A stretch of DNA of 64,000 nt from Thermoplasmata archaeon (GTDB lineage: Archaea; Thermoplasmatota; Thermoplasmata; Lutacidiplasmatales; UBA184), in NCBI GenBank assembly GCA_022750435.1, contig JAKIVS010000001.1, positions 102,542 to 166,541 of the forward strand, given 5' to 3'. A program made the position numbers and the translations under genes. This document shows positions 7,912 through 17,238 of the stretch, piece by piece. The notes under the pieces were generated by a model. It was not told the origin of the DNA, made no database searches, and saw nothing but the letters and a program-made list of their open reading frames with translations. Position 1 is the first letter of the stretch; each line of letters begins with the position of its first letter.

Positions 7912-10900
7912 GTGAGGCAATCGACGGTTCGAGACGACTTTGGCGGCCTGCTCACTGTTAGCCCAAGATTGGGCCAAGGACCGCGGACTGCGGTCCTCGG
8001 AGGGCTGGTCATCGTCTTCCTACTGCTGACTTCTGGCTCGAACCCGACGTTTACGGTTCCAAACTCTTCGAGCGCACCTGGCACGGCCCTTGGCCCGGCC
8101 CCGGGGCCTGCCCACCTGGCGGCTCTCAACGACGGCGCCAGACTTCTCGCCGAGGCGGCGACCTCCCTTGCGGATGGAGCCAGTCCTGAAAGCGGCACCG
8201 GAGCACGCTGCGTCCCTAGCGGAGCCGTAGAGAGCTGCGCTCAGCCCGGCGATAACGACCCGTCGGCCCCCCCAGCCGCTCCCCCCGCTCCAAACTTTCC
8301 CCATACTCTGAGTCCCCCAGCGCGATACGGAGCCGCGATGTCGTTGTTCTTGAACGGAACCGACACGGGCGACTCAGCTTTCCAAGTGGTTCTATTCGGA
8401 GGGGCAAACTCATCGGGATACGTATTCAACGATACCTGGCAGTTCAACACGTCAACCGCGACTTGGTGGAACGTGACCCCGACGTTGCACTGCTCGGTTT
8501 CGACGTGCCCCGGACCGCGGCATGACGCCAAGGCTACGTGGGACTTTCGGGACAACTACTCGATCATGTTCGGAGGCTGCAGCGTTGCGTCGCCGCAGTG
8601 GGTCGAAGCGGTCCCCGGGTGTGGAACGGGTTCAGGTGATTTCCTGTCCGACACTTGGAGTTACTCCGATCCCGCAGGAGGATACGGTCATTGGACAAAG
8701 TTGCATCCGACCACCTCTCCAAGCGGCAGATTTGCCGAGGGTCTGGCTGATAACTACAGTACCTCGACGACGCCAACCCCAAATGCCACCGTCTACATGT
8801 TTGGCGGTTGCGGCGCGTCGGGCCCCCTGAATGACACCTGGGAGTTCATTGCGGGAAATTGGACAAATCTCGGGCTAACATTTCACCCGGCTGCTCGGTT
8901 TGGCATGGCCATGGCGTATGGGGCGGGCAACAGCTCCACCGTCCCTCCGCCTGTCCCGACGGGGGCCGGCTTGATCGCCCTTTTCGGAGGGTGTGAGGTG
9001 GCGTCCACCGGATGCGGCGGCGCAGGGGCGTCGGGCGCGGTCAACGATACCTGGCTCCTCTACAAGGGAGCGTGGCATCTCGCGATATTGGGTTCCTCCT
9101 GCAACACCGTGGTCGTCTGTCCGTCGCCTCGCTACCTGATGGGGGGGACACCGTTCAATCCTCCCTCCGGCACGTTGCATTCCTGGGGGCTGTTGATGTA
9201 CGGCGGGGCCGGGCCAGGCGGCATAATCCTGGGCAATGCATCAGAAGTCAAGGGCGGAGACTGGTTCTTCAGCGCGTCAAGTAATCCGGCAAGTTGGGCG
9301 CAAGTGACTTCGCTTCCGAATTACTTGAGCACCGCCCCGAACACCACTTCCTCGGGTTGGTACGGACCGGCCCCGGTCGGGCCGCCTGTTCCTCGCTACG
9401 ATCCCAACTTCGTCGGCAACCTGATGGACGGGGCCACCCTGTTCGGCGGTTCAAGCGCGTCTGGATCCTCGTTGGGGGACACTTGGGCCACCGCGGACTT
9501 CGGTTCGATCTTGTACAGCGGTTTGTTCTGGCCACCCCCTGCCCCCTCGGCCCAGTACGGCGGGACGATGGTGTACGACGCTCTCAACGGGTATGACGTT
9601 CTCTTTGGCGGTTGCGGAAACCACTGCGCAAATGCGTCGATCTGGAGCTTTACCGCCCACCAGTGGATGCCTTGGTCCGAGGTTACCCCTGCGGCGTCCT
9701 CGGCCGCGCGGTTTCCTGCTGGCCGGCTCAACGCGAGCATGATTTACTTCAACCAGGCAGGAACGGGACACGCCCGGCAGCAATCCGTGGTTTTGTTTGG
9801 GGGCCTCGCCTCGAACGGGACACTCTTGGGCGACACGTGGAACTACTCGAATGGAAAATGGACGAATCTCACTTCGACAATCGGCTTTTCACCCTCACCC
9901 CGAGAGAGCGCCGCGTTCGCTTACAATGGATCTGGGACTGTGGACTATGCGGTCCTGTTCGGGGGCCGAAACAGTACAGCCATCCTCGCAGACACCTGGC
10001 TATTGACGTGGTCCGGAGCGACCCAATCTTGGAGTTGGGCGCTCCAGACAACGCCGAGCGAACCGTCGGGTCTCCTTGCTGGCCGATACGGGGCTGTCAT
10101 GACCTACGATGCGAGAGATGGCGAGGTGGTCCTCTTCGGCGGGTGTGGGAGCACATGTCCACTGGGGGACACCTGGAGCTACGTGGGTGGAACTACCTGG
10201 TCCGAGTGCAGTTCGACCAGTTGTACGACTCACGGCCCTTCCGCGAGATGGGGCGCAGCGATGACGTTCGATGTTTACGATAATTTTGTCGTCATGTATG
10301 GTGGATGCGGCGTCACGTGTCCGCTCGGAGATACCTGGAAATTCTACGCAGATACCTGGACCCAACTCACGCCGACGACTTCACCTCCGGCCCGTTACAA
10401 CGCCGCGTTTTCGTACGACCTCGCAGGGGACTTCGCTTTCTTGGTCGGTGGGATTGGAACGCAGGGGAAAGTTCTCGGCGAGATGGGATGGGCCTTTCAG
10501 GTAAATGACTGGACGGTCGGGACGCTGACCAACCAGTTCCCACGGACGCCGGTCCCGTCGCCCAGATTTGGAGCCAGTTTGGCCTACAACACGACTGGGG
10601 GCTACGTACTCCTGTTCGGCGGTTGCCAGTTCACCTCATTCGGAGGATGCGGGCCCTTGGCGAACCAGGCAGACACGTGGGAGTACTCCAACGGTATGTG
10701 GACGGAGCTCTGCTCTAACTGTGGCCCGTCAGCCCGCTGGGACGCGTCCCTCGTCTTTGTCCTACCGACAAGCTCTGAAGGATACTTCCTACTAGTCGGT
10801 GGGTGTCCGGCCGTTTCATCCACCTGCTCTCCCGCTCATGTCCTCGACGACGTTTGGAAATTCTCAGGCACTTCCTGGGTCCTCCTGACCAGTACTCCTG

Positions 10901-11607
10901 GATTCGGCGCTCGAGCGGATGCCAGTATGGCGTTCGATCCCTCGGTCGGAGCCGGCGGCGGGGAGGTCGTCATCTTTGGGGGGATTGGAAATCCGCCACC
11001 GGGCGGTACCGGCGTCTGGGACAATTGCTACAGATTGTCCCTCGGCACCGGCACGTGGAGCAGCGTGACCGTCGCCTCCGGACTTTCGGGCAGGTTTGGC
11101 GCGGCCAGCACGTTCGACACAGCCACCCATGACATACTGCTTTTTGGAGGAGAGGCTTCTGGAGGCTCGGTCGACTCGGACACGTGGACGTTTACGACTG
11201 GCGGGGTTTGGACACAAGTCCACCCAACCTCGTCACCGCCACCTCTGTTCGACGAGTCGATGGCCTACGACGCCTTCGACGGGTACGTCCTCTTGTTCGG
11301 CGGTGCCTCAACAGGCGGTTTGCTGAAGCTGGCCAATTGGACATTTTCTGGTTCCGTCACGTGGACACAGATTCACCCAGCCGCCAGTCCAGGGGCGAGG
11401 TGGGGTGCTGAAATGATGTTCGATCCCGATGCAGGCCCGAATGGGTTCACCGTCCTGTTCGGTGGTTCCGCCGAACGCAACGGCTGGGTAAGCGGCACCG
11501 CAACGGAGGCGGCCGCGGGCCCGGGCCTCGGAGATACGTGGCAATATCTTGGGGAGCCCATCCCTACTGGGACTCCTGACTGGACGGAACTCAGCCTATA
11601 TGGCTAG
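7912..11607 (+). CDS. Large Kelch-repeat (beta-propeller) surface protein with N-terminal signal anchor
   Basis: More than 20 repeats of the pattern FGG...(L/N)(N/G)DTW.(F/Y)....W...... N-terminal TM TAVLGGLVIVFLLLTSG. Many N-x-S/T sequons. Start proposed at GTG 7912, downstream of a TATA-like box near 7845-7858 (track start is 7732). Confidence 0.8.
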   Translation: MRQSTVRDDFGGLLTVSPRLGQGPRTAVLGGLVIVFLLLTSGSNPTFTVPNSSSAPGTALGPAPGPAHLAALNDGARLLAEAATSLADGASPESGTGARCVPSGAVESCAQPGDNDPSAPPAAPPAPNFPHTLSPPARYGAAMSLFLNGTDTGDSAFQVVLFGGANSSGYVFNDTWQFNTSTATWWNVTPTLHCSVSTCPGPRHDAKATWDFRDNYSIMFGGCSVASPQWVEAVPGCGTGSGDFLSDTWSYSDPAGGYGHWTKLHPTTSPSGRFAEGLADNYSTSTTPTPNATVYMFGGCGASGPLNDTWEFIAGNWTNLGLTFHPAARFGMAMAYGAGNSSTVPPPVPTGAGLIALFGGCEVASTGCGGAGASGAVNDTWLLYKGAWHLAILGSSCNTVVVCPSPRYLMGGTPFNPPSGTLHSWGLLMYGGAGPGGIILGNASEVKGGDWFFSASSNPASWAQVTSLPNYLSTAPNTTSSGWYGPAPVGPPVPRYDPNFVGNLMDGATLFGGSSASGSSLGDTWATADFGSILYSGLFWPPPAPSAQYGGTMVYDALNGYDVLFGGCGNHCANASIWSFTAHQWMPWSEVTPAASSAARFPAGRLNASMIYFNQAGTGHARQQSVVLFGGLASNGTLLGDTWNYSNGKWTNLTSTIGFSPSPRESAAFAYNGSGTVDYAVLFGGRNSTAILADTWLLTWSGATQSWSWALQTTPSEPSGLLAGRYGAVMTYDARDGEVVLFGGCGSTCPLGDTWSYVGGTTWSECSSTSCTTHGPSARWGAAMTFDVYDNFVVMYGGCGVTCPLGDTWKFYADTWTQLTPTTSPPARYNAAFSYDLAGDFAFLVGGIGTQGKVLGEMGWAFQVNDWTVGTLTNQFPRTPVPSPRFGASLAYNTTGGYVLLFGGCQFTSFGGCGPLANQADTWEYSNGMWTELCSNCGPSARWDASLVFVLPTSSEGYFLLVGGCPAVSSTCSPAHVLDDVWKFSGTSWVLLTSTPGFGARADASMAFDPSVGAGGGEVVIFGGIGNPPPGGTGVWDNCYRLSLGTGTWSSVTVASGLSGRFGAASTFDTATHDILLFGGEASGGSVDSDTWTFTTGGVWTQVHPTSSPPPLFDESMAYDAFDGYVLLFGGASTGGLLKLANWTFSGSVTWTQIHPAASPGARWGAEMMFDPDAGPNGFTVLFGGSAERNGWVSGTATEAAAGPGLGDTWQYLGEPIPTGTPDWTELSLYG

Positions 11608-11853
11608 CCAAGCCTTCCCCTATAGGTGCGGGCCCCGGTTGTGCGAGGGGAGGCGCCCCTCCGGAACGGCACGGAGCATCAGGTTGAGGTGTCCTTGACT
11701 TCAGACGCGGGAGTCAGTCCGGAGGCGGCGCACATCTTCCCTCGAGGAACTGGGAGGGGCCCCTCGACCTTTCGGGCGGGGGGCAGGCGTCGAACTGAGA
11801 AACAGGATCGCAAGATTGCTTGTAATTCTTGGGTGGAGCAGCACGATAGGCCC

Positions 11854-14178
11854 ATGGTATCGAGGTCGCGATTCGGCCACCTCGTCGTCCTTTTCGCGTG
11901 CGTGGCGTCACTGGCATGCTCGGGGGGGGTTGGTATCGGCAGTTGGGGAAATGTTGTACGAGACGGCTCTCTAGGTGCTCCGGGTTACCTCAGTCTCCTC
12001 GCCGCGGGGTTAGGAAGTCCGGGGAGCGGAGTCCCGCCACACCTCGCCGAGCCCGCCGCAGTCGCTCGCTCGCAATCGGAAGGGTGGACGTTGTGGACTA
12101 ACTCGACCGACCCGCCGGCGAGGGAGAATTCCCGCCTCGTCGACTACCCCCCGGGCGATGGCGTACTGCTTTTCGGGGGCGTCGACGCGTGGAACAATCC
12201 CACGAACGACACTTGGCTCTTCCACGGCGGGACGTGGACGGAACTCTGCAGCGGAAACTCAACTGCGCCGACGTGTGCCTTATCGCCACCTGAGCTGGGG
12301 GACCCAGCGATGGCATACGACGCCGCGTCCGCGCAGGTGGTCCTCTTCGGGGGGAACGAGGCGAACTACACTTGGATCTTTCAGAATGGCACCTGGACGA
12401 ATCTGACGACCCCCGAGACACCGCCCGGTGGGACGGACCTCACTATGGCGTACGATGCGGCAATTCGCGCCGTGGTACTTGTGCCCTTGGACGGAACGAC
12501 CTGGACCTTCGCCAACAACTCGTGGACCCAGCAGCACCCCCTGAACTCACTGGGGAGCAGGCATTCCCGGGCATTCTTTTTCAATCAGCAGGATGGAGGA
12601 ATGATTTTCTGGGGGGGCATCGCGGGCGGACCCGTAACCAACGAGACTTGGGAGTATCGGGCCGACAACTGGACACAGCTCGCGCCCCCAACCTCCCCGC
12701 CCGCCGGACAAGCATTGGGATCTGCCGAGGACACCGAATTCAACTTCGGCGTCGTTCTCGGCATCGTCAGTGGTACGGGCGCGACAGCAGACAACACGAC
12801 CTGGACATTTGCAAACGGTACCTGGTCAAATGTGACGGCAACTTTTGGCACGCCACTTCCGGCGTCGGCCGGCTATCCTGGCCTGGGTTACGACTCTACC
12901 GATGGCTACGTTATTGAGTTCGGTGGAAACTGCGCCTGCTCCGCCTCGGCCGGCCAAACTTGGATACTCCGCGACCCATTGATTCTAAACGTGACGGCCT
13001 CGGCACGGGTTCGGGACTTGAGCCAGACCGTCAACTACTCGATTGCGATTCTGGGCGGCATCATGCCCTACTCGGTATCGTATCCAACAATGCCACCGGG
13101 TTGCCTTCAACCCACGAACTACTCCGTTGCCTTCACCCTCTCTTGCTCCTTGAACGAGACGGGTGCGTACTCCTTCACCGTCCACCTATCGGATGCCTAC
13201 GGATCCAAACTTACCCTCGTCTTCCCGCTCCAGGTCAATGCAGACCCGACGGTGAAGCTCGCCGCCTCACCGAACCCCACAACCGCGGGGATTCCGGTTC
13301 ACCTCGGGGCGACCATTGGTGGCGGCACCGCTCCCTCTCTCGGAAATTGGTCGATCGCCGACGGCCCGTCCGGAACCGCCCTCGACCTCAATGTGACGTT
13401 TGCCGCCCCAGGTTCCTACCCCGCAACGTATGGTGGGGTCGACGGTGCCGGGTATCCCTTTAACGCGACCGTTGAGGTCGAAGTCAACCCTGCGATCGGC
13501 CTGTCGGCAACCCTCTCCTCGAACGTCACCGACGTCGGTTTCCCGATCCTGCTGAGCGCCACCGCGTCCGGCGGAACTCCCCGCCTCGCCTACTCTTGGG
13601 CGTTCGGAGACGGGGAAACGGCCTCTACCAATATCTCGGTCCACTCGTACGGAGCCCCGGGCCGCTACTCTCCCCGCGTTTGGGCGAACGACTCCGTAGG
13701 TGGGGTCCGCACGACGACACTCCAAATCCAAGTGAATCCGGATCTCACGGCGAATGCGACCGTCAACGCGTCGAAGCCGATTCAAAACGGAAGTGTCGCC
13801 TTCCGGACCGTGGTTGCGGGCGGCACCGGTCCCGATACCTACTGGTGGAGCTTCGGAGACGGCACCTCGAGCCACTCGGCCGACCCGACCCACTCCTACT
13901 CCGTGACGGGGCCTCGGACGGCGACACTCCGTGTCAACGATTCCGTCGGAGGAAATCAGACCGTCCAGATCCCCCTCGACGTCGTCGCTCCCGCGACCGT
14001 CAACACATCCGTCCCTCCGCCCCCGTCCGGTAGTTCCGGCATTTCGACGGCCGACCTGGTCGTGTCCCTGGTAGGGGTCGGAGTAATCGGCATTGCCGTG
14101 GGCGTCTTGTTCGGCCGCGTCCGCCGGCCTCCGCCCCCGACCGAGGAAGATCCGGCCGCTCCGGTACGTGACCCCTGA
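11854..14178 (+). CDS. Kelch-repeat plus PKD/Ig-like-domain surface protein with C-terminal TM anchor
   Basis: Signal peptide MVSRSRFGHLVVLFACVASLACSGG. Kelch repeats (LLFGG...NDTWLF). PKD signatures (YSWAFGDGETAS...HSYGAPGRY, YWWSFGDGTSSH...HSYSVTGPR). C-terminal TM followed by an RVRRPPPP tail. Confidence 0.8.
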   Translation: MVSRSRFGHLVVLFACVASLACSGGVGIGSWGNVVRDGSLGAPGYLSLLAAGLGSPGSGVPPHLAEPAAVARSQSEGWTLWTNSTDPPARENSRLVDYPPGDGVLLFGGVDAWNNPTNDTWLFHGGTWTELCSGNSTAPTCALSPPELGDPAMAYDAASAQVVLFGGNEANYTWIFQNGTWTNLTTPETPPGGTDLTMAYDAAIRAVVLVPLDGTTWTFANNSWTQQHPLNSLGSRHSRAFFFNQQDGGMIFWGGIAGGPVTNETWEYRADNWTQLAPPTSPPAGQALGSAEDTEFNFGVVLGIVSGTGATADNTTWTFANGTWSNVTATFGTPLPASAGYPGLGYDSTDGYVIEFGGNCACSASAGQTWILRDPLILNVTASARVRDLSQTVNYSIAILGGIMPYSVSYPTMPPGCLQPTNYSVAFTLSCSLNETGAYSFTVHLSDAYGSKLTLVFPLQVNADPTVKLAASPNPTTAGIPVHLGATIGGGTAPSLGNWSIADGPSGTALDLNVTFAAPGSYPATYGGVDGAGYPFNATVEVEVNPAIGLSATLSSNVTDVGFPILLSATASGGTPRLAYSWAFGDGETASTNISVHSYGAPGRYSPRVWANDSVGGVRTTTLQIQVNPDLTANATVNASKPIQNGSVAFRTVVAGGTGPDTYWWSFGDGTSSHSADPTHSYSVTGPRTATLRVNDSVGGNQTVQIPLDVVAPATVNTSVPPPPSGSSGISTADLVVSLVGVGVIGIAVGVLFGRVRRPPPPTEEDPAAPVRDP

Positions 14179-14804
14179 AGAGCTGGCCCGAAGGCGGCCA
14201 GGTCGGGGTCGCGAACCACGGCGAGAACGGCAGGGTTCCGTGCCGACTGTCGAGCGTGTGCCGACCTATGAGAAAGGCCCAGGGGTCCTCGGCACATTAG
14301 AATCGACGCGTCGGTCGGCACGCTTCGTTTCGCGCTTCGGAGGGGGTTGGCACGCTCACGCAGTTGGCCGCTCGGTAGTCCGGGGGCTGCACGTGGGTCG
14401 GACCATTACGGGTCCCATCGGCTCCGCATTCGTAGGACTGGCATACGATGACACGACCGATCAGATGTTCGTGACCGAGGTAAACAACGGCAAGGTCTAC
14501 GTGTTCAACTGAGTCAGTCGCTCGGAGAGGCGCGAGTCGGACGCTGCAAATGCTTGCAGTGACCCAATCGCTGAGGAAGAACTCATTTTGGGTCCATTTC
14601 TTCGTCCAAGAGATCTAGTGGGCTTCTGCCTGTAGACGCGTCCTCGCGGGGAACCGGGGGTCCGAGGACCCCCGGGAAGAGGTTGGCTCCTACTCGGTGG
14701 AGGACCGAGCCGGAGCGATACGGAGTCGGGGGGCGAGGTCGTCGAAAGAGCGCTTGGTCGGGGAGGGGGTCCGAAAAGGGCACGTCTCTGAAGTGATGAC
14801 AAAG

Positions 14805-14825
14805 GATGGGCGAGCTGACCGCACC
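14805..14825 (+). repeat. attR: second copy of the 21-nt direct repeat
   Basis: Identical to 3332-3352. Preceded by degenerate CTGA-A-GTGATGA, but has no box C and no GGTGCGG 5' stem, so it is a displaced 3' sRNA fragment rather than a gene. Confidence 0.75.
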
Positions 14826-14931
14826 CCAATCGGCTTCCGACCTGCCCTCCGTGGGCCCGAACGCTGTGAGGGTCCCACGTGAGAATTCGCACCGGCCCCC
14901 GGACGGCCCAGGGGGTTGACCCCCGCGAACT

Positions 14932-14950
14932 CGACGAAACCTTTTCCTCC
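14932..14950 (+). promoter_or_regulatory. BRE/TATA-like promoter of thrS
   Basis: CGACGAAACCTTTTCCTCC, about 35 nt upstream of ATG 14981. Confidence 0.5.
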
Positions 14951-14980
14951 CGGCCTCGGTGGGTGAGCCGGGTCGTTCTG

Positions 14981-16894
14981 ATGCCGGAGTCCGTCTCGGT
15001 CACCCTCCCCGACGGCTCCATTCGCTCCGTTCCGACAGGGACCGAGATTGGCAAGATCCTTCTTGCCTGGAATCCGGAAGGATTCCGGCGCTATGTCGCC
15101 GCGACTTGGAACGGGGTCGGCGTGGACCTTTCCCGTCCGGTCACGGCGGATGGCGTGGCCGCCCCGCTGACGTTCCAGGACCGCGCCGGTCGGGACATTC
15201 TTCAGCACTCGGCAGCTCATCTGGTTGCCAAGGCGCTCACCGAAGTGGTCCCCGGCGCGCTCCCCACGGCGGGCCCCCCGACCGAGGAGGGATTCTACTA
15301 CGACTTCGACGTCCGACCGCTGACTCCCGCGGACCTCGACGGGGTCCACGCCGCGATGGCGCGCGACGTCGCCAGCAACCTACCGTTCGACCGGTTGGAG
15401 GTCGACCGTCCCGAAGCCGTCGAGCTCGCCGGAGGCAACCGCCACAAGCAGCGGTACATCGAGGAGATCCCACCGGGGGAGACGGTCTCGTTCTACCGGA
15501 CGGGGAGCTTCCTCGACCTCTGTGCGGGGCCGCACGTCCCGTCGACGAAGTGGCTGGCGGGCGCGCACATCCTCGGCTTCTCGGCCATCACGGCCGGCGG
15601 AGAGAAGGATGGCGAGCCGCGCCAACGGATTCGCGGGATCGGGTTCCCCACGAAACCCGAACTCGAGGCCTACCTGAAACTGAGGGCCGCGGCCGAAGCG
15701 CGCGACCACCGCGTCCTTGGCCAGAAGCTCGAGTTGTTCTCGTTCTCGGACGAGGCGCCCGGATTCCCGTTCTGGCACCCGAACGGGATGGTCGTGATCC
15801 GCGAGCTCGAACGGTTCGTCACCGACCATTTCCTCGAGGACGGGTACCACGAGATCCGAACGCCGCTGCTGTTCGCGAAATCGGTGTTCGAGACGAGCGG
15901 CCACTGGGAACACTACCGTCAGAACATGTTCATCACGCTCGCCGACGACCGGGAGTTCGGCTGGAAGCCGATGAACTGCCCGGGATCCATGATGATCTTC
16001 CAGTCCCGGGCGAGGAGCTACCGGGAACTTCCACTCCGGTTGGCCGAGTTCGCTCCCCTCCACCGGCTCGAACCGAGCGGGACGCTCCACGGCATGACGA
16101 GGGTCCGGGAGTTCGTCCAGGACGACGCCCACCTGTTCGTCACGGAGGAGCAGATCGAGGAGGAGCTCGTCCGGCTCCTGAAATGGATCGACCGCGCGTA
16201 CACGACGTTCCGGTTCACCTGGAGCTACGAGCTGTCAAAGCGCCCCAGCCAGTTCCTCGGCGACGCGGCGGAATGGGACCGGGCGGAAACCGTCCTCGAA
16301 AAGGTCCTCAAGGCGTCGGGAATCGAGTACCGAGTCTCTGCGGGTGAGGGGGCGTTCTATGCACCGAAGATCGACATCCACATCCGGGACAGTCTCGGCC
16401 GTCCGTGGCAGACCGGAACGATCCAGCTCGATTACCAGATGCCCGCGCGCTTCGGCCTGGAGTACCAGGGCGCCGATGGTCATCTCCACCGACCGGTCGT
16501 CATTCACCGGACTATTCTCGGAAGCTGGGAGCGGTTCTTCGGCGTGCTTCTGGAACACTGCGACGGCCGTCTCCCACCGTGGCTCAGCCCGGTGCAGGTC
16601 CGGATCCTCCCGCTGGCCGACCGGCACGAGCCGGCTGCGGACCAACTCGCCGTACGACTCCGGAAATCGCATCTCCGCGTCGAACGCGCGGGGAGTGACG
16701 AGACGCTCTCCAAGAGGGTCCGTCAGGCGGAGATTGACCGGATCCCGTACCTGATCGTGCTCGGTGACCAGGAGGTCGCCAACGGAACGATTGCCCTCCG
16801 AATCCGGGGCGAGAAGGGCCAGAAGCTTCTCTCGGAACCGGACGCGATCGCCCGGATGTCGACCGCGGTCGAGCAGCGGGCGTTCGACCCTTAG
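14981..16894 (+). CDS. thrS: Threonine--tRNA ligase (bacterial-type, with TGS and N2 editing domains)
   Basis: TGS-like N-terminus (VTLPDGSIRSVPTGT), editing motifs HSAAH and CAGPH, class II core (MNCPGSMMIF, FVQDDAHLF, GAFYAPKID), anticodon-binding C-terminus. Start at the internal ATG 14981. Confidence 0.93.
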   Translation: MPESVSVTLPDGSIRSVPTGTEIGKILLAWNPEGFRRYVAATWNGVGVDLSRPVTADGVAAPLTFQDRAGRDILQHSAAHLVAKALTEVVPGALPTAGPPTEEGFYYDFDVRPLTPADLDGVHAAMARDVASNLPFDRLEVDRPEAVELAGGNRHKQRYIEEIPPGETVSFYRTGSFLDLCAGPHVPSTKWLAGAHILGFSAITAGGEKDGEPRQRIRGIGFPTKPELEAYLKLRAAAEARDHRVLGQKLELFSFSDEAPGFPFWHPNGMVVIRELERFVTDHFLEDGYHEIRTPLLFAKSVFETSGHWEHYRQNMFITLADDREFGWKPMNCPGSMMIFQSRARSYRELPLRLAEFAPLHRLEPSGTLHGMTRVREFVQDDAHLFVTEEQIEEELVRLLKWIDRAYTTFRFTWSYELSKRPSQFLGDAAEWDRAETVLEKVLKASGIEYRVSAGEGAFYAPKIDIHIRDSLGRPWQTGTIQLDYQMPARFGLEYQGADGHLHRPVVIHRTILGSWERFFGVLLEHCDGRLPPWLSPVQVRILPLADRHEPAADQLAVRLRKSHLRVERAGSDETLSKRVRQAEIDRIPYLIVLGDQEVANGTIALRIRGEKGQKLLSEPDAIARMSTAVEQRAFDP

Positions 16895-16900
16895 TCGCGC

Positions 16901-17101
16901 CTAGCGCCGCGCGAACCGGGAGCCCCGTCGGGCCTGGCGCCGCGCCGCGAGGAACGTGGAATCGAGCTCGCTGCTTGTGGTCTGATGCTGGTCGCGAAGG
17001 TGGGCGCGCAACCTCGACAGCTCGATCGGCTGCCCGCACCGCGGGCACGGAACCCGGGTCCGACGTTCGGTGGCTACGTCCCGGGAACCGGTCGATTGCA
17101 T
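16901..17101 (-). CDS. Small C2H2-type zinc-finger protein
   Basis: CPRCGQPIELSRLRAHLRDQH fits Cx2Cx12Hx4H. Convergent with thrS. Confidence 0.5.
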   Translation of the reverse strand: MQSTGSRDVATERRTRVPCPRCGQPIELSRLRAHLRDQHQTTSSELDSTFLAARRQARRGSRFARR

Positions 17102-17191
17102 CCCGCCGGCTTTACGGTCGGCCCCATATAGAGTCGACCCGCTTCAGGAGAAGCGGCCGTTCTCGCCGGAGAACCGCTCCCGGTCCGCCGG

Positions 17192-17207
17192 GAACGCTTT
17201 AATATGC
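17192..17207 (+). promoter_or_regulatory. TATA-box promoter of the H+-PPase gene
   Basis: GAACGCTTTAATATGC, about 35-40 nt upstream of the start. Confidence 0.5.
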
Positions 17208-17238
17208 TTCCGGGAAACGCCCCCCCATCCAAATTGGG

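Larger units (their letters stand above)
3332..14825. mobile_element. Putative integrative element (about 11.5 kb) inserted in the box C/D sRNA gene
   Basis: Bounded by 21-nt perfect direct repeats. The tyrosine integrase sits immediately inside attL and reads toward it. Also carries a HerA/VirD4-like ATPase, wHTH and nuclease-like ORFs, and a lower-GC cargo block (about 7.6-14.6 kb). Confidence 0.65.

Noticed and set aside
14787-14825. Second box C/D sRNA gene (CTGA-A-GTGATGA-15 nt-CTGA-CCGCACC)
   Set aside because: No box C and no GGTGCGG 5' stem within 100 nt upstream. The guide spacer is 15 nt rather than 12. It is better explained as the displaced 3' fragment (attR) of the sRNA at 3288-3352.
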